Shown here: positions 25,601 to 32,375 of the stretch, one piece after another
Layout: the number at the start of each line of letters is the position of its first letter
Numbering within the stretch: the stretch's first letter is position 1
Assembly (NCBI GenBank): GCA_021806615.1
Contig: JAJZRB010000001.1
Coordinates: forward strand, 10,754 to 74,753
Reading direction: 5' to 3'
From: a bacterium
GTDB taxonomy: Bacteria > Patescibacteriota > Patescibacteriia > Patescibacteriales > UBA12465
Length of the DNA: 64,000 nt
Notes under the pieces: model-generated
Databases searched by the model: none
Seen by the model: the letters and a program-made list of their open reading frames with translations, nothing else
What the model was told of the DNA's origin: nothing
Translations under genes and position numbers: made by a program

Positions 25601-27569
25601 CGGAATTCTCTGGATTGCAATTACCATAATTCAAAGTATTTTTTAGATAAGAGACTTTCCGGCCGCTAGGATCGCTGAAAGACTGGCAGGTATTATTTAT
25701 AGACTGGCAGGCATCAGTACCAAAATTCCAGGTCCGTTTCTCTTCGTTGCAATAGCCGTAAGATTCACAGCTGCCGTCGCTCTTTTCTACGATACAAGTC
25801 TGATTATCGGCGCAATAATTATCAGCGCGGGTGATGTTCACCGTGCTGGAAGCCGCCGTCGCCCCCGGCACTATCATAGTATTCAGGATCTGGGCGCCGA
25901 CGCCTTCTTTCGCACAATAGTTAAGAGGAGATTTCAAGACCCAATTCGGATCGACCAAGCCTTCGCACCAGCTGCGATCGGGTTGGAAATCGGTGCTGAA
26001 AGTATTATATTGATCGTTCTTATCAAAACAAGAAACCAGATCCCTAAGAGTCGCCTTGCGGGGCGGATCGTTTTCCACGAGTTTCTTGGCGGCCTCTTCC
26101 CAACCGGCCGGTACGATGCGATGTGCGCGCAAAATCATGATATTGCGCAAAGAATAGCTGCTATTATAGCTGGATCCGGAGCTATCGGCAGTAATCGGCC
26201 AATCTTCATGCAAATATCCTTCTTGGATAGCCTCGGCCACCGTCTTCTTTTCCGCTATAGCCTGCATGAACTTATCATCAATGACGCAATTATCCGGCCC
26301 GGGATTCTTCGGATCAGGGCAGATAGCCAAAGACGATAAGATATCATAATCGGTTCTGACGCCGAATTTCGGCTGTAAGAGAGAGCTGGTTACTTCCTTG
26401 ACGGCTGATTCCCCGTAAGTCACGTTGGGATCGCTCTCATAATTGCTGCTGGCGTAGCTGCTTCCGCTACTACCGCTTTTCTTGGCTAGATTCTGTAAGA
26501 GATTATTAAAGGCGGAAACGTATAATTGATTCAGGAAAATATTAGCTGAATCTATTAAAATATCGCCGGTCGTCTTGCCCAGCGCGTCCTGCCGGGCTTT
26601 AGCCGCGGCATCCGCTTCCCTTTGCGCCTCGCCAGGTACGCCCTGGATAGCGCCGGAAATATCGCGCACATCCAGGAACCCTCCTTTGGTTATAAAATCG
26701 CTTTTCGTCACTTCCGTGTGGATATTGGCCTGGCTGGAAAGGTCGGATCTGGCGGTCACGTAAATGCCGAGGTCATTAGAACGTGGATCGAAGATGCTCG
26801 TAAATTCGTCCAAATAATTTGGATCGCGCAAATCAGCCAATTTTTTATTGATATCGTCCCCCCAGCTCTTAATCATCTGGGAAGCCGTACAATTCGGGCC
26901 TTGCGGCCGGTTCTGGTCCACTAGCCCTAAGCCGATCTTTATCTTAGCCTCTAGCGAGGACGGGCTGCAGACGTTGAAAGAAGGAGTAACATTGCCGACA
27001 TTGCTGGAATTAGCGGTTTTAGAAGCACAAGCCGTAGCCACTTCATCCGCGCTCTGGATACAATAACGATAGCTAGAAGCGTCATTAGAAAATTCGGTGG
27101 CGCAATCTTTCACGGCCGCGTCATATTGATCCTGACAGGCCATATTTCTATCCGGCGTGTTCAGATTATTAACGAAGCTCTCTATAAAAGTCCCGGCCGC
27201 CTCATCGCCGGCCTGTTTCAAATAATCTCCCAAGCTCTGGGTAACGAATAGCGGTTTCTGCCCCTTACCGCCTGAACCGAGATAATTGGCGGAATCATAA
27301 GCTATCTTATTAAGCGCGGAAGCTAGGGTCCTCTGGAAAGCGATAGAGCCGGCCTTCTGAATAGCCGTTTTAGCGACATCCCAAGCCCGAGTCAGGAATT
27401 GTCCGATGACCTGCGGGATTGATAAAGTTTCTTCAGTCGGGATAGCCAGAGCCGGACGGACAGAAATGAATAAAGAGGAAAACAGCATGGCGATAACCAA
27501 CAAAAAAACCGCCAACTTCTTACCGGGTTGATTAGATTTTGTCTTTTTTGACGCTAGGAAAGAAGACAT
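19677..27569 (-). CDS. giant secreted/cell-surface protein (2630 aa), Cys-rich, with CBM-like beta-sandwich modules and a C-terminal PKD-like domain
   Basis: An uninterrupted 7.9-kb ORF. The N-terminal signal/anchor is KKLAVFLLVIAMLFSSLFISVRPALA. I counted roughly 90 Cys by hand. Carbohydrate-binding-module-like segments lie at about aa 708-869, 1189-1332 and 1888-2037 (e.g. YYDFENGLGDWT...FYLDDFVLSE). The C-terminus ISIKWGDGYEQ...HVFYHYYGQIGPKNIIITITD resembles a PKD domain. Confidence 0.9.
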   Translation of the reverse strand: MSSFLASKKTKSNQPGKKLAVFLLVIAMLFSSLFISVRPALAIPTEETLSIPQVIGQFLTRAWDVAKTAIQKAGSIAFQRTLASALNKIAYDSANYLGSGGKGQKPLFVTQSLGDYLKQAGDEAAGTFIESFVNNLNTPDRNMACQDQYDAAVKDCATEFSNDASSYRYCIQSADEVATACASKTANSSNVGNVTPSFNVCSPSSLEAKIKIGLGLVDQNRPQGPNCTASQMIKSWGDDINKKLADLRDPNYLDEFTSIFDPRSNDLGIYVTARSDLSSQANIHTEVTKSDFITKGGFLDVRDISGAIQGVPGEAQREADAAAKARQDALGKTTGDILIDSANIFLNQLYVSAFNNLLQNLAKKSGSSGSSYASSNYESDPNVTYGESAVKEVTSSLLQPKFGVRTDYDILSSLAICPDPKNPGPDNCVIDDKFMQAIAEKKTVAEAIQEGYLHEDWPITADSSGSSYNSSYSLRNIMILRAHRIVPAGWEEAAKKLVENDPPRKATLRDLVSCFDKNDQYNTFSTDFQPDRSWCEGLVDPNWVLKSPLNYCAKEGVGAQILNTMIVPGATAASSTVNITRADNYCADNQTCIVEKSDGSCESYGYCNEEKRTWNFGTDACQSINNTCQSFSDPSGRKVSYLKNTLNYGNCNPENSGCRQYSLFGAYATSTGTVSWSPNQIRYLNKNLSSCTGGDDGCTSLLRVKPTWGANLIMDADFTNDQIGDSSAGAKLNDWPIAGKASIVDASSEPGGASGKALKLTETDGPAGIYSDNNYSLLPNNFQAMPGQAYTLSADIYIMEGGDVSLAIGPASDGFTQSTGEKNSWQHLSVTRAGSASYNEAKFSVTGNPASAAVGAKITFYLKNLKFEMSDWDTGYSSYGASKFYEKILPPYLEKTCYVDATSATKNYNLKTGAPAVCSNYARKCNQSEVGCELYTAVKDKFAVGAKVTSADYCAADCLGYDVYISKASYFNSPSADNLIPDKATTCSATAVGCNEFTNLDALNQGGEQKEYYTQLKQCIKPSQASCANFYSWEGTANGYQLKAYSLEKTAASLPAVTADDSQLCNAAIYHLSVYDPGYNPDCREFYNVAGEVSYHLNSRTITCSDNCHAYRMSEKNIDRTIATQAGCQGSDKHWDNTNNNCVVCLNGGTWDLTAGACIYQAIPGEGQTCQANEKGCREYNGNNGNNVRLAAYYDFENGLGDWTSPTAGGISISSVANSNNGHSLRVAAGVSAQLAVGNIVSQGSAYTLKFLARAASDSNLTISFVNPATGASTSFSAVKVRGGNDWNIYQANLSDLDHAVALATTAQSGEILAVSGTSDFYLDDFVLSEVIDRYYLIKGSSQIPDVCYYDNFNHYQGADYNLGCAQYTDRGGLKHNLHNFTQLCSDSAVGCEQMIDTKNYLPYGAGFWENGVATSSCPVGSDPNCVKVDGDSAFYAVYDNSKLCGAASQGCSRLGEGQGGANFTGWSDVFKNNNPDQYSTALCSRDNVGCEAWKSAEDASLSYFKDPGTATCIYRVSNNSGLPGKRWYKIPVKRCDLNGNGSIDISEGIGKACNADADCGAQKCLIDNNDYECPVSYLKTIGSGGADVQIPTPQDNAGLCDAGASTCSEYIDPVSRFSPNLVANPNYQCAASGCDGWGGASPEKWQNVTPASDQQVIKLQPYTLYSLQVDYSGSANTPVGLDFLADVLRLDNNVLANPAKHLEVNNDNPLLFYSSGNTVALVSGGKNDRTISVKTSIVSYQLQKNLEDTCNGQTKYDNGCILFNERSINGASGPANLNWDAYATEDGKTPVLCSATGSCTANKLVKVRPDRVCAQWLDCTSYVLDPVTKKKTCYSFAQCDRLDNKGECADFVNQSSPTYYFNPKVNQNATGYSLVDKYSLSAMGLVGQTITIDGSFDNGNTGCLNSSTATLIDNPEAAKNETDYPADGKGYLKVPDNGTCDIAQNISVKATPSDQFFINYLVNTKNAGGGSAMITITDDKGTLIKLLSQSPTGWERKIQRFNLSVGQRKIKITLGADPTAPSTGSVYFDDINIEPVLKISSDNYAAPECRLYPTSDSLTCLSKNKNVVSEGLYGYCLEHDPLNKNVCLLWYPMDNIPLPSMSTMGYSGDFPVNYCTAVSGNFDLMEKRRAYRLNGFDDDALYVYNENGDFIKDLGDPVGTGCNGFSADCYGCFKFNTTGRFAAAVISSSHGALACPADYDMWISSKECNGGSCQDHYNFMCIPKADRLELIDNPNANYGDSVNGGNWELCQNSGDTYKTGYAKFNGFAGHEADVIAQDLDPNPNLKIADRNNVVTTDSLKLIPGTSSIATTSGAYFHIACSQLVQTVNNNGVNAAWVNRVAPGSSFSLASSSPFFAQNYTQSMEKPPFGAANSIANIVAGDSLLTLKDMAKTDLPYAGRPYGCINGGTAKNCSLIGSCSGAPNTYCLATSSSVNISAKTCGTSGPCQPLWVATTTNITDYANVLKNIFLKATGYLVKGSSQTYVNQNIPFDFTLNGLSGALPHPCPGGVRPATDFTKNPEPSFCAIFPKLDNINLYYNDSKTTLTSNNTYDVKQKGIYRLEFTSKVDPEQEPLKQISIKWGDGYEQIVTNQDDHPNSGDPHVFYHYYGQIGPKNIIITITDNWDFYVNN

Positions 27570-27573
27570 TTGT

Positions 27574-28194
27574 TTATTGAGTTTGATTCTGCTTATTTAA
27601 AGTTTCCTGATAGCTTTTCATCAAATCAACATCGCTTATCTTTTCCAATTCAGCTTTGTTAGCGCCGCTGGCGATTAAGAGCTGGCGCAGGGTCGCGGCG
27701 TCAATCTTGCCGCTAAGCGCATTCTGAAGGGCTGTTGAATCGGTCCCGGAAGCATTAAGGTTCTCAGGTGTCGTTGAAGCGGACTCAAGCGGAGCTAGAG
27801 TCGCGGGAGTGCCAGTGGCCACTGGAGCGAGAGCATTGCAATTCTGGCCCTGCGGACAATTAGGATCAGTTCCCTGGTCTATTTCTTTCTTATCCGGAAT
27901 GCCATCGCTATCCGTATCCTCTAAATAAGGAGAGGTATGATAAACGTAAATCTCATCATAATCTGACAATCCGTCGCCGTCCGTATCCCGGCTCTTTAAA
28001 ACGGCGGCTATATCGGTAGAGCTGGCGCTCTGGCTGACATTGGCATTAAGCGGATATGAGAAAGGATGGTTGATCTGGGCTTTCATCTGCCAAACCCAGA
28101 AGATGACGATTAAAACGGCCAAGACAGCTAAAATGCTGACGGCGATCTTTTGCGGCTGCGGCAAGCGGCCAGAATTTGAGCTTAATTCGTTCAT
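27574..28194 (-). CDS. membrane-anchored protein with thrombospondin type-3-like calcium-binding repeats
   Basis: The ORF-track start at 28197 is GTG and the ATG is at 28194. It has one TM segment (IAVSILAVLAVLIVIFWVW). Two DxDxDGxxDxxE repeats follow (DTDGDGLSDYDE and DTDSDGIPDKKE), then DQGTDPNCP. Confidence 0.7.
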   Translation of the reverse strand: MNELSSNSGRLPQPQKIAVSILAVLAVLIVIFWVWQMKAQINHPFSYPLNANVSQSASSTDIAAVLKSRDTDGDGLSDYDEIYVYHTSPYLEDTDSDGIPDKKEIDQGTDPNCPQGQNCNALAPVATGTPATLAPLESASTTPENLNASGTDSTALQNALSGKIDAATLRQLLIASGANKAELEKISDVDLMKSYQETLNKQNQTQ

Positions 28195-28220
28195 CACTTA
28201 TATAGTTTTAGTCAATTTTA

Positions 28221-29117
28221 TTATAACATAAACGGCTCTAAAGCCGCAAATAATTTTTGCCAATCTTGGAGAGATAAAGCTTCGGCCCGCGCTTGGGGGT
28301 CCAGGCCCTGTCCATTAAGCTCCCGAGACAGCGCGCTGGGCTCTAATTTCAAGCCGGCGGCGAGGTTATTTTTCAACATCTTCCGCTTAGAACTGAAACC
28401 GATGCGGAGCAATTGAAAAAATCTTTTATCCCGGGCGATAAGATCGAAGCCGTCATCAATATCGGGTTTCATTTTGACCTTTATCCTGATGATGGCGCTG
28501 TCTACTTGGGGTTCCGGCCAAAAATTTCCGGCTTTGACCGTCCTGATGATTTCCGGCTCGCCATAATATTGGACCGAAACCGCTAAAAGGCTCATGTCTG
28601 GCGGAGACGCCACGATTCTTTCGGCCACTTCTTGCTGCAACATCAATATCAGTTCTTTCGGTTGGAAATCTTTGCGGCCCAAAAAACGGCGTAAAAAGAT
28701 GGAACTGATATTATACGGCAGATTAGCTACAATCTTATAGAGACCGTTAGTGCCGGCGCAGGCGCCGGTAGCTCCGAAATCGTCTGAATAAGCGGCCGGA
28801 TTGAATCGCAAGATGTCTTCATTGACTACGGTCACGTTATTTATATCCTGCGAATCTATGCCAGTTTGCAAATAGTCAGCCAACCGATCATCCAACTCTA
28901 CGGCGATCACTCTTTTCGCCCGATGGGCCAACTTAGCAGTCAAAAATCCTAAACCCGGCCCGACTTCTAAGACAATGTCATCTGCCTGCAGATCAGCCGC
29001 CCTTATAATATCATCGTAAATACGCTCATTTATTAAAAAATTCTGCCCTTTGGAGCGGGACGGCTTTATTTCAAATAGACGGCAAATTTCTCTAGTTTTA
29101 GATAATAAATCTGACAT
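28221..29117 (-). CDS. rsmA: 16S rRNA (adenine1518/1519-N6)-dimethyltransferase
   Basis: 298-aa ORF with KGQNFLINE and the SAM-binding VLEVGPGLGFLT motif typical of KsgA/RsmA. Confidence 0.9.
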   Translation of the reverse strand: MSDLLSKTREICRLFEIKPSRSKGQNFLINERIYDDIIRAADLQADDIVLEVGPGLGFLTAKLAHRAKRVIAVELDDRLADYLQTGIDSQDINNVTVVNEDILRFNPAAYSDDFGATGACAGTNGLYKIVANLPYNISSIFLRRFLGRKDFQPKELILMLQQEVAERIVASPPDMSLLAVSVQYYGEPEIIRTVKAGNFWPEPQVDSAIIRIKVKMKPDIDDGFDLIARDKRFFQLLRIGFSSKRKMLKNNLAAGLKLEPSALSRELNGQGLDPQARAEALSLQDWQKLFAALEPFML

Positions 29118-29139
29118 TTTAGAATATTGGATTAGTTGG

Positions 29140-31554
29140 CTATTTAACGACGATATTAAGAAGTCTTTTCGCCACGAAAATTTTCTTGACTACAGTCTTT
29201 CCGTCCAGCCATTTTTTAATGGTTTCATTATCCTGGACCAATTCCCAGGCCTCTGTTTCAGATATGTCAGCCGAAACTTCCAGAGTCGCCCTTAGTTTAC
29301 CGTTTATTTGGATAACTAGATTTACCATTTCATCGCTGATTAGCGCGGCGTCATATTGGGGCCAAGATGATTGGAAAATACTTTCTGAATGTCCTGAACT
29401 CTCCCAAAGTTCTTCGCTCAAATGCGGAGCGAAGGGGGCGAGGATCTGCAGAAGCAAACTGCCTTCGGTTTTATCTACTCTGAACTTCCCTAATTCATTG
29501 ACCAAGATCATCAAAGCGGAAATAGCCGTATTGAAACGGAAATTTTCAATATCTTCGCCGACTTTTTTGATCGTCTTGTGAAGCAATGACAAGGTTTTTT
29601 TATCAATCGCGCTATTAGCATGGTCGCCAGCGATAAGCTGTTCTACTTTTTCCAAGAATTTCCGCGTACCGATGAGGCCATTCGTGCTCCAGCTGGTCGC
29701 GGCCTCAAAAGGACCCATGAACATTTCGTAAACGCGAGTCGCGTCCGCTCCGAATTTTTTTACCATTTCATCCGGATTGATGACATTCCCCCAGCGCTTG
29801 CTCATTTTCCGCCCATCCTCGCCCATGATAAGCCCGACGTGCTTTAATCTGATGAAAGGTTCGCCATAGCTGACCGCGCCGATATCGAATAAGAACTTAT
29901 GCCAGAAACGGGCGTAAATCAGGTGACGGGTAGCGTGTTCGGCGCCGCCGACATAAAAATCTACCGGCGACCAATAAGCTTCCTTCTTCTTGTCTACCAG
30001 GGCCTTATCATTATGCGGATCAATATAGCGCAAATAATACCAGCAGGAGCCTCCCCATTGCGGCATAGTATTGGTCTCGCGCTTTCCCGCTCCGCCGCAT
30101 TTCGGGCATTTGACATTGACCCAATCAGCCATAGCAGCGAGCGGCGACTCGCCGGTCCCTGTCGGCTCATAGCTTTTTACTTCTGGCAAAACCACGGGCA
30201 AATCAGCCTCCGGCACGGGAACGACGCCGCAGGCCGCGCAATGGATAAGAGGAATCGGCTCACCCCAGTATCTCTGACGCGAGAATACCCAGTCTTTTAT
30301 CTTATAATTTACCTTTCTCGCGCCGAATTTATTTCTTTCCAGCCAGCGCGTCATTTTCTCTCTCGCTGTCTCAGAGCTCAAGCCGGAAAATTCTCCGGAA
30401 TTTATCAGATAGCCGTCTTCCGTATAGCAAGCCCCCGCCGAAGCTTTGCCGTAGCTGGCGTCGGAAGAAACTGACGACCGGATAGGACAATCATGATTTT
30501 TCGCGAAATCCCAGTCTCTTTCATCATGAGCCGGTACGGCCATGACAGCGCCGGTACCGTAGGAATTCAGGACATAGTCGGCGGCAAAGACAGCCACTTC
30601 TTCTTGATTGAATGGATTAAGGGCTTTTATTCCCTCCAGAACGATGCCGGTTTTCTCTTTATTCAAATCGGTTCTCTGTAAATCAGTTTTATTTTTCACA
30701 GATTCCAGATATTTTTCTACGGCTGTCCAATTTTTTATTTTCCCGCACAATCTGGGAATAAGATCATTCTCCGGAGCTAAGACGACATAGGTGCAGCCGA
30801 AAATAGTGTCTACGCGGGTCGTAAAAACTTTTATATTCTCTTCCGTTCCCAAGACAGGAAAGATGATTTCCGCTCCTTCGCTCCGGCCGATCCAATTTTT
30901 CTGCATTTCCTTGATAGATTCTTCCCAGTCCGGCAATTTATCTAAATCCTGTAATAGCCGTTCAGCATAATCAGTAATCTTGATCACCCATTGGCGCATC
31001 GGCTTCAATTCTACTTCGCTGCCGCAGCGCTCGCAGCGCCCGTCTTCTAAATCTTCATTGGCTAAGCCCGTCTTGCAAGACGGGCACCAATTGATAGGCT
31101 CATTGGATTCATAGACCAAGCCTTTCTCAAACATCTTTAAAAAAGCCCATTGCGTCCATTTATAATAGGCGGGGTCCGTCGTATTCACTTCCCTTTCCCA
31201 ATCATAAGAAAAGCCTAAAAGTTCCAATTGTTTCTTATAGGTCGCGATATTTTCCTCGGTAGCCACGCGCGGATGGATTTTATTCTGGATAGCATAATTT
31301 TCTGTCGGCAGGCCGAAAGCATCCCAGCCCATCGGGTGCAGGACATTATAACCCTGCATCAAGCGCAAACGGGCTAAAACGTCGGTGGCGATATAGCCTT
31401 TCGGATGTCCGACATGCAGGCCGACGCCAGACGGATAAGGAAACATGTCTAAGATATAATATTTCGGCTTCTTCCGGTCTTCGGACGTTTTATATAGCCC
31501 GCTCGCCTGCCAACGCTTACGCCATTTTTTTTCCAGTGCTTGATGATCGTACAT
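29140..31554 (-). CDS. leuS: leucyl-tRNA synthetase
   Basis: 804-aa ORF with the HVGH (HIGH) motif in PYPSGVGLHVGHPKGY and KMSKR (KMSKS). The N-terminus (KWRKRW...YKT) is typical of LeuS. Confidence 0.97.
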   Translation of the reverse strand: MYDHQALEKKWRKRWQASGLYKTSEDRKKPKYYILDMFPYPSGVGLHVGHPKGYIATDVLARLRLMQGYNVLHPMGWDAFGLPTENYAIQNKIHPRVATEENIATYKKQLELLGFSYDWEREVNTTDPAYYKWTQWAFLKMFEKGLVYESNEPINWCPSCKTGLANEDLEDGRCERCGSEVELKPMRQWVIKITDYAERLLQDLDKLPDWEESIKEMQKNWIGRSEGAEIIFPVLGTEENIKVFTTRVDTIFGCTYVVLAPENDLIPRLCGKIKNWTAVEKYLESVKNKTDLQRTDLNKEKTGIVLEGIKALNPFNQEEVAVFAADYVLNSYGTGAVMAVPAHDERDWDFAKNHDCPIRSSVSSDASYGKASAGACYTEDGYLINSGEFSGLSSETAREKMTRWLERNKFGARKVNYKIKDWVFSRQRYWGEPIPLIHCAACGVVPVPEADLPVVLPEVKSYEPTGTGESPLAAMADWVNVKCPKCGGAGKRETNTMPQWGGSCWYYLRYIDPHNDKALVDKKKEAYWSPVDFYVGGAEHATRHLIYARFWHKFLFDIGAVSYGEPFIRLKHVGLIMGEDGRKMSKRWGNVINPDEMVKKFGADATRVYEMFMGPFEAATSWSTNGLIGTRKFLEKVEQLIAGDHANSAIDKKTLSLLHKTIKKVGEDIENFRFNTAISALMILVNELGKFRVDKTEGSLLLQILAPFAPHLSEELWESSGHSESIFQSSWPQYDAALISDEMVNLVIQINGKLRATLEVSADISETEAWELVQDNETIKKWLDGKTVVKKIFVAKRLLNIVVK

Positions 31555-31558
31555 ATAT

Positions 31559-32323
31559 TTATAGCTCCAACCCGACAGGGGCGTGATCAGAGCCGGTTAT
31601 TTTATCTAAAATATAAGCCTTTTTTACCATTTTCTCCAGTTTAGCGGAGACGCAGAAATAGTCAATCCGCCAACCGACATTGCGTCGCCGAGCGCCGGCC
31701 CGGAAACTCCACCAAGAATATTGGATCTGACGGCCGTTCTTAAGCCGAAAAGTATCGATGAATCCGGATCGCAGGAAGTCGCTCATCCAGGCCCGTTCCT
31801 CTATAGTAAACCCGGCATTGCCCTCATTTTCTTTCGGACGCGCTAAATCTATCTCTTCATGGGCGACATTAAAATCGCCGGTAACAATGACCGGCTTATT
31901 TTTTTCTAATTTCCGGATATATTTTAATAAGGCGGCATTAAATTCTAATTTATACGGGAGGCGCGTCAATTCATGGTTGGCGTTCGGAAAATAAACGTTT
32001 AATAGATAGAATCTGTCTGTTTCCAGGGTCTGGACTCGCCCTTCAGTATCAAATTTCTTGACGCCGAAACCATTCTTGACCGTTTTTATCCCCTTGGCTC
32101 CCCGACGGACTAAGATAGCGGTGCCGCTATAGCCCGGACGCTCGGCTGAATTCCAATATTCGCCATAACCGGCGAAATCAAACTCTAAAGTCGATTTGGC
32201 CGCGGCGGAAATCTTGATTTCTTGCAGGCATAGAATATCCGCCTGAGTAGCGATCAGAAACTTATCAAAGCCTTTTTTCGCGACCGCCCGGATACCATTT
32301 ATATTCCAAGAGATTATTTTCAT
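31559..32323 (-). CDS. xth: exodeoxyribonuclease III
   Basis: 254-aa ORF with MKIISWNINGIRA, DILCLQEIK and a C-terminal SDHAPV motif. Confidence 0.93.
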   Translation of the reverse strand: MKIISWNINGIRAVAKKGFDKFLIATQADILCLQEIKISAAAKSTLEFDFAGYGEYWNSAERPGYSGTAILVRRGAKGIKTVKNGFGVKKFDTEGRVQTLETDRFYLLNVYFPNANHELTRLPYKLEFNAALLKYIRKLEKNKPVIVTGDFNVAHEEIDLARPKENEGNAGFTIEERAWMSDFLRSGFIDTFRLKNGRQIQYSWWSFRAGARRRNVGWRIDYFCVSAKLEKMVKKAYILDKITGSDHAPVGLEL

Positions 32324-32329
32324 ATCTTA

Positions 32330-32338
32330 TGATATAAT
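32330..32338 (+). promoter_or_regulatory. candidate extended -10 promoter for the dsbA-like/por block
   Basis: The plus strand reads TGATATAAT (a TG-n-TATAAT extended -10), 37 nt upstream of the ATG at 32376. I saw no good -35 element. Confidence 0.4.
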
Positions 32339-32342
32339 ATAA

Positions 32343-32371
32343 AGTATAGTTTAAATTAAGCAATATTTCAA
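32343..32371 (-). promoter_or_regulatory. candidate sigma70-type promoter for xth and the downstream minus-strand block
   Basis: The reverse complement of 32343-32371 reads TTGAAA-N17-TATACT (spacer tattgcttaatttaaac). The -10 hexamer ends 19 nt upstream of the xth ATG, implying a very short leader. Confidence 0.45.
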
Positions 32372-32375
32372 TCAT

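Noticed and set aside
19934-27066. About a dozen 60-120-aa ORFs on both strands lie inside the 7.9-kb giant gene (e.g. 25983-26339, 26622-26924, 21702-21929).
   Set aside because: All are nested within one uninterrupted 2630-codon frame that has a signal peptide and domain-like modules. They are low-complexity shadow frames with no recognisable motifs.
32324-32375. I considered a replication origin at the divergent strand switch.
   Set aside because: There is no dnaA or dnaN nearby and no DnaA-box-like repeats in the 52-nt spacer. The plus-strand block lasts only 6.3 kb before the orientation reverts to minus.
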